From IMG/VR virus record IMGVR_UViG_3300042890_000355, positions 1-60,714 of that record: a DNA stretch of 60,714 bases; one strand, given 5' to 3'. The stretch is from a virus (Duplodnaviria > Caudoviricetes). The notes below the pieces were generated by a model. It worked only from the letters and a program-made list of their open reading frames with translations. It did no database searches and had not been told where the DNA came from. A program made the position numbers and the translations under genes. Positions 1 through 9,980 of the stretch are shown in pieces (the stretch's first letter is position 1; each line of letters opens with the position of its first letter).

Positions 1-1622
1 CCTGCTATTGTAGTTGGAGTAGTTGTTACACTTGCCGTAGTAGTAGGTGTAGTTGTTACTTCTCCCGTTTTAGTAGACGTTGCTTTATTAATTTCAGCAT
101 TAGCCATACTAATGGCTGCATTAATAGTTAACTGGTCAAGCGGTTTACCTGCCAAAGCTCCTGAAATTACATTTCTAATTGCGTTTTGTTGAGAGCCAGT
201 AAGAGTTGAGTAGCCCTCAACATTTCCAAGCAACGCATCGGTAGCACCAGAAATTCCTCCAGTAGTAGCACCTGCAAGTACAGATTCAGTTAAATCTGTA
301 CCAGTTACTACGCCTCTAACTAATCCAGAAGCAGCACCTTGGAATGTCTTAGCTAACATTCCTGTACTGTCAATAGAATTTAGCTGATTAGTAATATCAG
401 CCAATCCTGCTGAACTAAGAACTTGTCCACCTAAATATGACGCAAGCATATTCTTAGCTGCTGTGCCTGCATCGGCACCTGACAAAACTGACACAGCAAA
501 GTTGGTGGCCAACTGTGCAGGCAAAGACATACCAGCCGTAGCTACAGCAAGACCAACCTGACCAATAGGCCCAAGATCGGTCATTATTTTAGCTAAGTCA
601 TTACTTTCTACTCTTTGTGTGTAAAAGATAGGAAGACCAGTGTTAGGGTCTATGCTAATTTTGTACTCTGTGCCATCGCCACCTGTAGCGGTATAACCAA
701 AAGTTCCTGAACCATCACCAACAGCTTGACCTGTTGTTTTGTTAATAATTCCTGTACCAATTACGCCAGTAGTAACAAGACTTTGTTGTTGATTTTCACC
801 ATCACCTGAAGTAACTGTTTTTATACCTGCAATTTCCGATGCAGTCAGTGGAGTCCAAGTACCTGTTGAATTATCCCATTTTGAAAATTCACCAGTTGGA
901 TTTCCATTTTGATCGTATTCAACTTTGACATTTACATCACCAGTAATATTGCCTAGACCTAGTTGATTAATATTTGTAATGCCATATTTATTTAAGGAAG
1001 CGGCCATGTCTAAGGCAACTTGATCTTTGTTTGAAATAGTATTTGTGCCCAGAATCCTTGCGCCAGTAGCAGCATCAAATCCAATATTTGCACCTGATCC
1101 GGCTGTAAAAGCACCGCCAGTCCAATACCTATCCGTTCCTAAAGCATTGGTTATAGAATTAATTTGGTTAGTTAAATTACTTAACTGTGTAGCATCAAAT
1201 GTTTGACCATCGTTATATGTTGCTGTCCAACTGGTTGTTGGGGTAGTAGTTACTGTTGGTGAAGTTGTTACTGTTGGTGAAGTTGTTACTGTTGGTAGTG
1301 TAGTAACAGTAGTTGAAACTGTTGGTTGTGTTGTAACGGTAGGCCCAACAGTTGGGATAGTTGCAATACCAGTTGTATCTACAACATTTGTACCGCCAGT
1401 TGTAGGTAATCCAGTAATTCCACCAGAAGCTGGTGCGGTATAAGTGTTGTAATAGTTAGTTACTTGACTGGTGTCAATATCGTATCTATTGGCAATCATG
1501 TCAGCTAAACCAGTGTTAGCTTCCAACCCTCCAATACCTTGTACTGCGGCAGCAACTTCATCTGCCGTAGCAGTAGGATTCTGGTCAAACCACCAGTCAA
1601 CTTGTTCTTGTGTTACTGCCAT
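1..1622 (-). CDS. Large Thr/Gly-rich virion protein, 3'-truncated by window edge (not in ORF track)
   Basis: ATG at 1622 (MAVTQEQVDWWFDQNP...) directly after the 1632 stop; frame read as open to the window start; PTVTT(S/T) repeats. Confidence 0.8.
   Translation of the reverse strand, partial: MAVTQEQVDWWFDQNPTATADEVAAAVQGIGGLEANTGLADMIANRYDIDTSQVTNYYNTYTAPASGGITGLPTTGGTNVVDTTGIATIPTVGPTVTTQPTVSTTVTTLPTVTTSPTVTTSPTVTTTPTTSWTATYNDGQTFDATQLSNLTNQINSITNALGTDRYWTGGAFTAGSGANIGFDAATGARILGTNTISNKDQVALDMAASLNKYGITNINQLGLGNITGDVNVKVEYDQNGNPTGEFSKWDNSTGTWTPLTASEIAGIKTVTSGDGENQQQSLVTTGVIGTGIINKTTGQAVGDGSGTFGYTATGGDGTEYKISIDPNTGLPIFYTQRVESNDLAKIMTDLGPIGQVGLAVATAGMSLPAQLATNFAVSVLSGADAGTAAKNMLASYLGGQVLSSAGLADITNQLNSIDSTGMLAKTFQGAASGLVRGVVTGTDLTESVLAGATTGGISGATDALLGNVEGYSTLTGSQQNAIRNVISGALAGKPLDQLTINAAISMANAEINKATSTKTGEVTTTPTTTASVTTTPTTIA
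1249..1296. repeat. 18-bp tandem repeat (about 2.7 copies) encoding PTVTTS
   Basis: GTTACTGTTGGTGAAGTT at 1249 and 1267, partial copy at 1285. Confidence 0.85.
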
Positions 1623-1631
1623 GTTTAAACC

Positions 1632-2303
1632 TTAAGGAGGAGTTGGGCGGGGGTCAGGCAACCGCGCAACAAAGTTTACAGCCATTACCGCTGAAGCTAC
1701 AGCAGGGTATGGGGCAGACGCAGGAATAGCTTCCATTGTCACGGCAGTATCATCTGCGCCCCAGTACATCTCAATGTATTCATTAGCTGCCAAATCAATG
1801 TCAAAGTTCCATGCTACGTTGAAGTGGTTGTCTGAGCCTTCAACCGTGTATCTGTGGCCCGAATACCCAATTGTGATGTTGTTGCGCTTAATCCAAATCT
1901 GTACATCTTTGCCCGATGCGTTGGTGCTTTTTAACTGAGCCGACAATTGGAAGTTATAGACACCAGCAACAGCCACCTCAATCTTAGAAGTGCTGGCAGT
2001 TTGGAGGGCCACAAAGTTGTTAAGGTAGGTCTGGTTAAACGTGATGGGGTAGCCCGTATTTACAGCGGCTAATGTTTGATCTGCGGTGTTAAAAAACAAC
2101 CCATTAGGCACATTGATTAATGATGGATCAATAGACCCAGAAGTCATCAACTGAGTTGTCAGTGCATCAAGCCTGTTGAAATACAGACGAAGTACGTTTA
2201 AAAGCTGGTCAAAATATACACGGTCGTACTCATTCAAAGGAAGCGGCAGATTAGGTGCGGCTACTTTGTTCAGTTCAAACTCAGACGTAATGATGTAAGT
2301 CAT
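1632..2303 (-). CDS. Putative virion/tail protein with beta-sandwich C-terminal domain
   Basis: 223 aa, coupled to the tail stabilisation gene; AGVYNFQLSAQL strand pattern. Confidence 0.55.
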   Translation of the reverse strand: MTYIITSEFELNKVAAPNLPLPLNEYDRVYFDQLLNVLRLYFNRLDALTTQLMTSGSIDPSLINVPNGLFFNTADQTLAAVNTGYPITFNQTYLNNFVALQTASTSKIEVAVAGVYNFQLSAQLKSTNASGKDVQIWIKRNNITIGYSGHRYTVEGSDNHFNVAWNFDIDLAANEYIEMYWGADDTAVTMEAIPASAPYPAVASAVMAVNFVARLPDPRPTPP

Positions 2304-4387
2304 CGTCTGCCGTCCGGTCTGATGTCAATACGGGTAGAGCCAAGCTGCCATGCAGTTCCTAGATTGCTAGAGCTTACCTTGAGGATAAGTTGACGGCCAC
2401 GCACTCGTGTGTTGACTTGACCCGTAAAACCTTCAGTTACCGTATAGGACGCACCTGTTAACTTGCTAACCCCAGCCGTAACTGCCGTGCCCGTGCCCGA
2501 ACCCGAGTTCTGCATAGGATACAAAGTGTACGTAACTTGCGGAGTTGGAGATGCGTCAGAGCCTGAGAACGTCAAGTCAGGGAGCATCCTCCAGACAAAG
2601 CCTAAATGCTCACCATCTTCAATGTCAAACTCAGCAGAGGAGATGTAAGCTTCAATACCAGATGGCGTACCAGTCTCGTTATTGTCTAAGCCAAACTCTT
2701 GATTGACCAAGTTGTAGTTGTATGTAGCAGCAATAGGGAAGTCCCTTAGACCAGAGTCCAGCCAAGCTGTTCGCTCCATCGTGCCGTAGTACCAAACTTT
2801 CTCAAGGTAGTTGTACACAACATAACGGTTAGCAACTAGACTTCCAGCCGCGCAGTAGAACCACCATACTTCATTGAAACCCTCGTTAGTACTGGCAAAC
2901 ACTTGCTGGTTCTGCTGAAGGTTAATGTCTTGATAGATGTACCTACGCAGGTCACAGCTAAGTGTTTGTAACCGACCATCGTACAGATAGAACTTATCCA
3001 CACCCATCCAGTACACAACACCAGAAGCCTGAGCCGCCGCATTCTGACCCAAGATGGAGATGTTATCTCCCATCAACTGGCTAGACCAGACTACGGGTGG
3101 GCCAATGTATTGGAGAGAATAGATGGCTGAGTCAGTCCACACTAAAATCTCTTGACGGGTTTGAACGGCGGTCACAATGCTAGAGCCGTGGGACAGAGTA
3201 ACACTACCCGCTTGATTGGTAGCAGAAGGTGTCCAATTGACCACAGACTCCTGATCTGACCAACGAATTAACATGGGGTTTTGAATGGTTGAGCCGTAAT
3301 CATTACAGCCAAACGCAAATACAAACCGGCTAATGTCAGATACAAATAGGTAATTCTGAATGATTGGAACGTCAGAAGCGTTTGCTAAGCTGGTAACGGG
3401 TATACCATTAGGCATGATGTAGTGATCGCCAGACTGGGTTCCAGTCGTTGTAATAGCCGCGCCGCCCACAGTTGCCGCTAGGTTAAATGTATTACCACTG
3501 GCGTTAATGACGTAGTAAATCGTTCCGGGAGACAAACCAGTTGGCAGGGCGGCAGGATAGCCACTGTTTGTAAAAATGACTGGAGCGCCATTTGGCAAGC
3601 TATAAGCGGCAGTAACTACCGCAGGAGAAGCTATAGTAATTGTAGCTATGGTAGGGTCTACGCCATAACCAGCATCCCAGTAATAGATTGGGCCACCACG
3701 GAAACCGTAAACTAAGTCTTCACCAAAGTTGTTTTGGCTCCACAAACGTAGAGCAGAAGTAGATGTACCGCCAAAGCCCCAAACCCCTGCACCCCATGTA
3801 CCAGCACCCCAGCCAGCTAGTGGAATCTCGTATGGATCACCTACGTTAATCTGATAGATAGCATTTACATCTGTACCACCGCCAGCCGCCACTGTTGAAG
3901 TAGCCGCAGTAGCAGCCACGATTGTGTAAGTATTGGCATCAATAACGGTAACCTGATATTCGCCATTTAAATCAAGACCGCCTACAGGAGCTACGTTGCT
4001 AAAGGTTACAAAGTCATTGGTTACTGCGCCATGGGCTGTATCTGTAACGGTAACTAAAGTGAGTAGATTGGTTGTGGAAAACGGATTACTTAAGATAGCC
4101 GCCGCACGAATAGGCGTGATGTCGTTGTAGTTACCACCCAACTCAAGGTAGAACTTAAGGTTAGTACCCACTCCAATTAGGTTTAAGTTGTCTAGGGTGA
4201 TCCAGTTCCACAATGACCGGCACAGACCTTGGAATGTGGACACGGAAATACGTGCCCAGCCACCAATCTTCTCAGGCGTACCCTGACGAAACCGCACTTT
4301 ATCGGACTCATACCACCCACCTTCGTTGGTATAACGGGTGTTCTCCCGGTTAACTCCCGGCTTCAGTACAAGTTTTTTAAGCGCCAT
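2300..4387 (-). CDS. Tail tubular/stabilisation protein (P22 gp10 / T7 gp12-like nozzle)
   Basis: 695 aa beta-rich protein; LIRWSDQE motif and C-terminal RVRGRQ...IRPDGRR typical of podovirus nozzle proteins; position in tail module. Confidence 0.7.
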   Translation of the reverse strand: MALKKLVLKPGVNRENTRYTNEGGWYESDKVRFRQGTPEKIGGWARISVSTFQGLCRSLWNWITLDNLNLIGVGTNLKFYLELGGNYNDITPIRAAAILSNPFSTTNLLTLVTVTDTAHGAVTNDFVTFSNVAPVGGLDLNGEYQVTVIDANTYTIVAATAATSTVAAGGGTDVNAIYQINVGDPYEIPLAGWGAGTWGAGVWGFGGTSTSALRLWSQNNFGEDLVYGFRGGPIYYWDAGYGVDPTIATITIASPAVVTAAYSLPNGAPVIFTNSGYPAALPTGLSPGTIYYVINASGNTFNLAATVGGAAITTTGTQSGDHYIMPNGIPVTSLANASDVPIIQNYLFVSDISRFVFAFGCNDYGSTIQNPMLIRWSDQESVVNWTPSATNQAGSVTLSHGSSIVTAVQTRQEILVWTDSAIYSLQYIGPPVVWSSQLMGDNISILGQNAAAQASGVVYWMGVDKFYLYDGRLQTLSCDLRRYIYQDINLQQNQQVFASTNEGFNEVWWFYCAAGSLVANRYVVYNYLEKVWYYGTMERTAWLDSGLRDFPIAATYNYNLVNQEFGLDNNETGTPSGIEAYISSAEFDIEDGEHLGFVWRMLPDLTFSGSDASPTPQVTYTLYPMQNSGSGTGTAVTAGVSKLTGASYTVTEGFTGQVNTRVRGRQLILKVSSSNLGTAWQLGSTRIDIRPDGRR

Positions 4388-4395
4388 CGGTTGTC

Positions 4396-4902
4396 CTAAG
4401 ATAGAAACAAGGCACGTTCAGCGTCCCTGCGCTTTTTTAGCCCTGAGAGAATTTTACCTCCTGCCATGCAGTACAGCAAGAGGGAATCTGCTGCGCCTTC
4501 CCAGTCACCCCTATTAATTTTTATCCGAATAGAAGACCGCTGAAAAGCCCCCACTCCGGCGTTGAAGGCAAAGCTGACACACGCATCAAAAGCCCCTTGA
4601 CGACCAGATAAAGCGGGAGCAAGTCTAAGAACACCACGTTCAGTAGGGCCGACATCATCCTCGAATAGTTTCTCGATCTCTTCTTTAGTCCAGACACGGT
4701 TGTCCTCCGGTTTCAGTGGCATCTCTTTGCGGATCATGGGGGTATCTTTTCCTTCCACCCTAACTACGGGCAGACGGATTTGATCTTGGTACAGCACATG
4801 ACCATAACCAATTGTCCAAATATGGGCTGGGCAAAGGTACGGCTTAGTCCTGTACCCCTCCCACTGGTGCATCAACTTAGCGCCAGCTTCACCCAATTTC
4901 AT
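4396..4902 (-). CDS. Endolysin, GH24 phage lysozyme
   Basis: EG-x6-C-x5-TIGYGH catalytic region, FAFNAG, GLKKRRDAERALF. Confidence 0.93.
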   Translation of the reverse strand: MKLGEAGAKLMHQWEGYRTKPYLCPAHIWTIGYGHVLYQDQIRLPVVRVEGKDTPMIRKEMPLKPEDNRVWTKEEIEKLFEDDVGPTERGVLRLAPALSGRQGAFDACVSFAFNAGVGAFQRSSIRIKINRGDWEGAADSLLLYCMAGGKILSGLKKRRDAERALFLS

Positions 4903-5402
4903 TTCTTGCTCCAGCTACGTGAGCCAAACCAGAAACCTATGATGCCTCCAAGCATTGCCATCTCATCCGTGGAAAAAATGATGTCGGACAAGCGGATCAG
5001 GTCTTCCATACTCATCACAAGCCGTGGGTTGCTGTAAACGTAGTAGGCAATCCACGCATTAATGGCACACAGTTCCAGCACAAAAATGTAAGTCACCATC
5101 GGGCGCACAGTGCCCACAAAGTTCACCACCCAGCGGCTGGCTTCTTCCATAATCTTCTTGTCATGGTCATAGGCCGCAACAGTCATTTCTGCGTCCGTCT
5201 GCATGGCAATCTGGTCGGTGCGAATCTCTTCCATGCGTTCTTGGGCGGCAAAACCCTGCGCCATCATCTGTAGCTGTAGCTCTACTTGGACACGGGCAAG
5301 CGCCAACTCATGCTTTTGGTCAGCCTTGTTCTGGAAGAAGTCTAGGAGTTTGGGCAAGCCTGATATTAGCAAGCCGCCAAGGGTTGAGAATAAAGATAGC
5401 AT
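4899..5402 (-). CDS. Holin-like membrane protein (3TM holin type)
   Basis: VRPMVTY and C-terminal IIGFWFGSR motifs, hydrophobic segments, overlaps the lysozyme start. Confidence 0.7.
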   Translation of the reverse strand: MLSLFSTLGGLLISGLPKLLDFFQNKADQKHELALARVQVELQLQMMAQGFAAQERMEEIRTDQIAMQTDAEMTVAAYDHDKKIMEEASRWVVNFVGTVRPMVTYIFVLELCAINAWIAYYVYSNPRLVMSMEDLIRLSDIIFSTDEMAMLGGIIGFWFGSRSWSKK

Positions 5403-5551
5403 TACAATCCAATCATTCCAAGTAGTTTATCGACAATTTTCCCCGCCAACTCGTCAGGCAGGAACCGAAGCAGACCAAGCACCCACCAAGCAATGCACAG
5501 CCTGACAAAGACTTTAAGGAAAAGGTCAAACTGTTTTTGGTATTCATTCAC
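5402..5551 (-). CDS. Small membrane protein, 49 aa (MNEYQKQFDLFLKVFVRLCIAWWVLGLL...)
   Basis: GTG start overlapping the upstream stop, TAA overlapping the holin ATG; one TM segment. Confidence 0.6.
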   Translation of the reverse strand: MNEYQKQFDLFLKVFVRLCIAWWVLGLLRFLPDELAGKIVDKLLGMIGL

Positions 5552-6042
5552 CTACCGCACCTTGCTGTAGCGCATAGTTCGTTAATTTGTGTAAGCCCCC
5601 AGCCAACAGCACCAACAAACATCACAATAATCACAATGGCAATTGCCCACTCCATCTGTTCGGCTTCGGCCTCTTTGCGCCTTTTTTCTTCAGCGTGTAA
5701 AGCCGCCATCTCTTTAGCATCATCCCTGTCCATTTCAGCTTGACGGGCTTTGGTTGCATTCCATACGTCTATGCGCCCAGCTTGCATGAACAACATTTTT
5801 AACTGCTCTTCAAACCGCTTGGCTTCATCCAAAGCCATCTCAATTTGTAACGCCGCACCAAGGTTAGACTTACCACCCGTACGCTTGGCTTGAAGCATGG
5901 CCTTGGTAGCGGTTGACTTGGCATCAAAAAGCTTGGCTATTGACGGCGTTAGACCTGCCAGATCACTAGCCACTTTACTAGCTTTTTTAACGACACTGAT
6001 TGCAGTTTGCAATCCTTCTAGCGCCGTGATCGGATCTATCAT
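5548..6042 (-). CDS. Hypothetical protein with C-terminal TM helix (lysis region)
   Basis: 164 aa, coiled-coil followed by a hydrophobic stretch; translational coupling. Confidence 0.7.
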   Translation of the reverse strand: MIDPITALEGLQTAISVVKKASKVASDLAGLTPSIAKLFDAKSTATKAMLQAKRTGGKSNLGAALQIEMALDEAKRFEEQLKMLFMQAGRIDVWNATKARQAEMDRDDAKEMAALHAEEKRRKEAEAEQMEWAIAIVIIVMFVGAVGWGLTQINELCATARCGR

Positions 6043-6491
6043 TTCAATTCAAAACTTAAATTTGCATGGCGGGGGTACTGCACAACGCGCTCCCCTTCAG
6101 GACACTTGTACTTGATCGTTGCCAGCAAAGTTGCTTTCCCACTGGTAACCTTTTCCTTGCCTACCATCGTAAGTTCGTAGGTGAACGTATCAATCTCTGG
6201 CCCTGCTGGGCCACTGAACTTACTTGCGGTGGTGGTTGCCTCATGCACCATGCCAGCCGCATCACGGATGCTTGGCGTAAAACTCTCAACAGAACAATCG
6301 TCCCGCTTCTTTATTCTTGCAACCGTGACATTTATTGGCTTGCCAGCTTCTGCCACAATCTTAAAGTTTTCAGGCGACCATTCAATGATTGCGCGGTCAA
6401 ACCAACCAAACTTGTCGGCAAGCGTGTAACTACCGCCTAAAGCGGCAACGGTAGCGGCAACGGCTCCAATTGCTTTGGTAATGTCAATCAT
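6039..6491 (-). CDS. Hypothetical protein with N-terminal membrane anchor
   Basis: Likely start MIDITKAIGAVAATVAALGG; two Cys in the soluble domain. Confidence 0.65.
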   Translation of the reverse strand: MIDITKAIGAVAATVAALGGSYTLADKFGWFDRAIIEWSPENFKIVAEAGKPINVTVARIKKRDDCSVESFTPSIRDAAGMVHEATTTASKFSGPAGPEIDTFTYELTMVGKEKVTSGKATLLATIKYKCPEGERVVQYPRHANLSFELK

Positions 6492-6492
6492 T

Positions 6493-6585
6493 TCAAACCC
6501 AACTCCATGCAATCATGTAAGTTCCAAAGATTACAAAGGCGACTATACAGACCGCTGCAATAATTGCCTCGGCCCAGTCTCTCAC
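6493..6585 (-). CDS. 30-aa single-TM peptide (MRDWAEAIIAAVCIVAFVIFGTYMIAWSWV)
   Basis: GTG overlaps the epimerase stop; fills the gap exactly. Confidence 0.45.
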   Translation of the reverse strand: MRDWAEAIIAAVCIVAFVIFGTYMIAWSWV

Positions 6586-7337
6586 TTTAATATCCCGTTT
6601 AGTTTGGTCATGTCAGCACACGTATACATTTGATAACCACCCAATATAGGCATTGGAATAGTCTCTATTTTCGCTGAAAATTCACTAGCTGCCAAGCGAG
6701 CAACGTCCAAAAAGGACATTGTTTTTCCAGTTCCAACGTTCCAAATTCCAGAACCTAGAAAACTTAAAAGTTTTCTGTGAACTTTAATGACCTCATCTAC
6801 ATGGATAAAGTCACGTTTAAAGTTCTCACTACCTTCAAAGATTTTAATGGTTCCTGTCTTTGCCTGCTCACGGAACTTATGAAACGGAGAAGCCTGATCC
6901 CCCTTGTGGTCTTCATGTGGGCCATAGACATTAAAGTACCTAAAGATCTGGATGGGTGCAACGGGCCGCATAGTATGGAAGTACTCTTCTATAAGAGCTT
7001 TAGATTCTGCATATAGATTAGCCGGCGCTACTGGGTCATCTTCCCTAAACGTGGTGTTATTTGGGCCATAGACCGAAGCCGAAGAAGCCAGTTGCAAAGG
7101 TATCCCATACTTCTGGCACCGCTCCATGAGAGTAATGGTATACCCTACGTTCTGTTTACGCAGGGCTACCCAATCCTGACAGCGTGTATCTGAGATAGCA
7201 CCTAAGTGGATGACCCGATCTATTCCATAGAGGGAATACTCATCACCCCATTCACACAGATCTAAGTCGTGATCTGCCATGGCTTTAACCATGTTCTGGC
7301 CAATAAACCCCTTATATCCTGTGATTAAGATACGCAT
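6582..7337 (-). CDS. hldD: ADP-L-glycero-D-manno-heptose 6-epimerase (extended SDR)
   Basis: TGYKGFIG, HLGAISDT, ASSASVYG, YAESK, FRYFNVYGPHEDHKG, RDFIHVD. Confidence 0.88.
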   Translation of the reverse strand: MRILITGYKGFIGQNMVKAMADHDLDLCEWGDEYSLYGIDRVIHLGAISDTRCQDWVALRKQNVGYTITLMERCQKYGIPLQLASSASVYGPNNTTFREDDPVAPANLYAESKALIEEYFHTMRPVAPIQIFRYFNVYGPHEDHKGDQASPFHKFREQAKTGTIKIFEGSENFKRDFIHVDEVIKVHRKLLSFLGSGIWNVGTGKTMSFLDVARLAASEFSAKIETIPMPILGGYQMYTCADMTKLNGILK

Positions 7338-8035
7338 ACAGCACCTATGCTCTGGCAAGATATTGCCGCTTTCTCATTAGCAAACGGCAAAGCTATGCCC
7401 ATGTCACCAGTCTGCATGTGTTTGTATACCATAGCAGCTAGGAATACATCCCCTGCCCCGCAGACATCCACAACTTCTATCACCTTAGCCGGGTAGAGTG
7501 AATCTTTATATCCGCATCCTTTAGAACCATAGGTAACAATTAAATGTTCTGGATCTGGGATAGACGTAGATTCGTACAGTTCCCGCTGGTTAATCTTGAT
7601 ATAGATGCCGGGGAAGTCTGCCAAGTTCTTCTTCTTGGTATCCATGTAGATTGGCCCACGAAACTTCTGACGGAACTTCCAAATAACTTCATCAGTTATG
7701 AAACCCTTATCATAGTCAGAGATAACTATGGCATCGAAAAAGTACTTACTGCCGGTTTTATATGGCTTGGCTCGTACATCATGGTCTACCCTGAGTAGAT
7801 GCTCACCTGTTCTGCGGTCGATGTACCTGATCTTGCGGGAGATTTGCTCACTCACAGACAGGGTAACTTCTGCCCCAAATGCCTTTAGATTCTGGGCTAC
7901 GTTAAACGCCATACCCATCTTCTCTTCACTTTTTTCAAAGTTCAACAACGGCGCAGTAGATTCTGGATTTACTCTCCGAATTTCCCCATATCTGTATTCA
8001 TCTATACAGACATCACCAATAACTAAGATTCGCAT
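7325..8035 (-). CDS. hldA: Heptose-7-phosphate kinase (PfkB family, RfaE/HldE domain I)
   Basis: VIGDVCIDEY, RVNPES, ISDYDKG, DVCGAGDVF. Confidence 0.85.
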   Translation of the reverse strand: MRILVIGDVCIDEYRYGEIRRVNPESTAPLLNFEKSEEKMGMAFNVAQNLKAFGAEVTLSVSEQISRKIRYIDRRTGEHLLRVDHDVRAKPYKTGSKYFFDAIVISDYDKGFITDEVIWKFRQKFRGPIYMDTKKKNLADFPGIYIKINQRELYESTSIPDPEHLIVTYGSKGCGYKDSLYPAKVIEVVDVCGAGDVFLAAMVYKHMQTGDMGIALPFANEKAAISCQSIGAVCVS

Positions 8036-8385
8036 TGACTGTCTCCCGGCTCGACTCGGTAGTTATCCTCCACGGAATCAGCCGTAGAGACTTCCATGAT
8101 TGCACCTGAAACTAGGCAGACTAGCTGGTGCGGCATAAGTGGAGGGTTGTGCCATGTATCGCCAACGTTAAGGATCTTTTCATGGCGGCTGGCATCTTTG
8201 GTGTCTATGTAGATCACTTTAAACAGACCGCTTTGGACTAGCCAAGTCTCTTCTTTAACTGCGTGGAAGTGCATAGAGAACTTAGCACCGCCACGGAAAG
8301 TCATCAACTTCCCGCAGTACTTATCATTGGTAGCCCAGATTAGCTCCGACCCCCAACCCTTTTTCACTATTCCTTTGAGTTGCAT
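8023..8385 (-). CDS. Cupin, mannose-6-phosphate-isomerase-like sugar isomerase
   Basis: KGWGSE, SMHFH-x2-KEETW, PHQL, EVST...DNYRV. Confidence 0.8.
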   Translation of the reverse strand: MQLKGIVKKGWGSELIWATNDKYCGKLMTFRGGAKFSMHFHAVKEETWLVQSGLFKVIYIDTKDASRHEKILNVGDTWHNPPLMPHQLVCLVSGAIMEVSTADSVEDNYRVEPGDSQCES

Positions 8386-8755
8386 TGATAATCCTCGTAG
8401 ATGAATATCCGTCTAGGAACGGGATGATAACTACCCGCTTGACTAAAGTGAACCCAACAACCTGCTCAGGTCTGTAATCGCCACCTTTTGTGATGATGTC
8501 AGGCTTGATTCTGTGGATTAATTGCAACGGTGTAGGTTCATCAAAGATGATGACCTTATCTACCCAGCGCAGAGCCAACAGCACAGCCATGCGGTCATCT
8601 TGGGAATTAACAGGTCTGCCCGGTTTAAGCTGCCGAACAGAAGCATCGGAGTTTAAGCCAACGATTAGCTTATCCCCCAATGCTCTAGACTTCTCAAGGT
8701 ATTCGACATGCCCACGGTGGAGCACATCAAAACACCCATTAGTGAAGACAATCAC
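8324..8755 (-). CDS. hldC: Heptose-1-phosphate adenylyltransferase (RfaE/HldE domain II)
   Basis: FTNGCFDVLHRGH, VGLNSDASV, KPGRP, KGGDY, GYSST. Confidence 0.9.
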   Translation of the reverse strand: MIVFTNGCFDVLHRGHVEYLEKSRALGDKLIVGLNSDASVRQLKPGRPVNSQDDRMAVLLALRWVDKVIIFDEPTPLQLIHRIKPDIITKGGDYRPEQVVGFTLVKRVVIIPFLDGYSSTRIINATQRNSEKGLGVGANLGYQ

Positions 8756-9537
8756 ACACCCATCTCTTTGCGTATCTTGGTTGCTGAGATAGCGTGGGTA
8801 GCATCGTCAAAAGATTCCTGCTCAATCTTGTAGCCAACATCACGGCCATAGGTAATGTTGACAATGTTAGGAACCAATTGAACCTCGTACTGCCCTTGAT
8901 ACAGAGGGTCTAGATCACGGCTAATGAACTCTTTGACCTGATTGGCGGCAAACGGGTTTGACCCATTCCAGCCTTGGCAGTCTCTGATCTGGATCACTAC
9001 CTGACCAGTCTTAGCTAGTGCCCGTTCAAACAGCTTACGGTGGCCTTCATGCCACGGTTGCCATCTGCCAAGCATTTGGACTGTTTCTTTTTGCCAGTCA
9101 AATACAGGGCGGCGGCGGTCATCTAGGATATGCGCGGCAATGAACTCACCCCACTTCTCAGACTTTTGCTCGGTGATCCTGAAATCATACTGGGCAGGAG
9201 GAACGAACACCTTGTTGGTGTCTTCAAAACGACCTTGGTTAATGGTGTCAACCCAGATAGTCCAGTCAGCCTTGAAGTTGTTACGCATCTCCACAAGGGG
9301 GGCAACAAAGTCGCAGATCACATAGTCAACATCGTAGCTGTCAGCCAACTCACGCATCCGCAGACTCTGACGAATGCGACCTTCGTGGGAAAAGTCCCAG
9401 TCGTTGTACTTCTTGCGAACATCGTCAGCGTTCAACCACATGACCGTCTTGCGTTCAGCTTGCAAGTGGTCGAGGATGTGTTGCGCTAGGTATGTCTTAC
9501 CCGCTCCGGGAAGACCCATCACCAAGATGCGTTTCAT
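8752..9537 (-). CDS. Adenylyl-sulfate-kinase-like P-loop domain fused to an HxGH nucleotidyltransferase domain
   Basis: GLPGAGKT, LNADDVR, DFSHEGR (CysC-like); GRWQPWHEGH and ISATKIR (HIGH superfamily). Confidence 0.8.
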   Translation of the reverse strand: MKRILVMGLPGAGKTYLAQHILDHLQAERKTVMWLNADDVRKKYNDWDFSHEGRIRQSLRMRELADSYDVDYVICDFVAPLVEMRNNFKADWTIWVDTINQGRFEDTNKVFVPPAQYDFRITEQKSEKWGEFIAAHILDDRRRPVFDWQKETVQMLGRWQPWHEGHRKLFERALAKTGQVVIQIRDCQGWNGSNPFAANQVKEFISRDLDPLYQGQYEVQLVPNIVNITYGRDVGYKIEQESFDDATHAISATKIRKEMGV

Positions 9538-9547
9538 TCGTTACCCC

Positions 9548-9958
9548 TTACAGCAATGCGTCAAGCTGGTCGTGAGTCGTAGCGGCATCAATAGCGGCTT
9601 GCTTGGTCAACATAGCCTGACGCGCTGTCTCTACCGCTGTGGCATCGTACTGCTCGTTAGCGTTAGGAGAAAGCTGTAGGCGGGACTGCTCCATCACCAC
9701 TTGCTGGAATGCAAAACCTGCGTTGGACTTCATGCCGTTTTTGCGGTCATCCACGGAGATTTCGTATGTGTCCCAGATGATTTGAACAGGGTCAGTGTTC
9801 AGATCAAAGCGGTGGGCAGTGTAGCCCTGACGGTGTGCTGTGATTGCAGGACGAACTTCCACAGCGTTGCGCCAGCCGTTATTGCCTACGCCTTCTGCGG
9901 GAGGTGTGTCCCAGACTTGTTTGACCTCACCATTGAGGATTTGTACATAATGTGTCAT
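9548..9958 (-). CDS. Hypothetical protein, possible tail-fibre assembly chaperone
   Basis: Follows the RCC1 genes; C-terminal AAIDAATTHDQL resembles chaperone-like ends. Confidence 0.5.
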   Translation of the reverse strand: MTHYVQILNGEVKQVWDTPPAEGVGNNGWRNAVEVRPAITAHRQGYTAHRFDLNTDPVQIIWDTYEISVDDRKNGMKSNAGFAFQQVVMEQSRLQLSPNANEQYDATAVETARQAMLTKQAAIDAATTHDQLDALL

Positions 9959-9980
9959 TTAAGACTCCTTGTAAAAAAGT

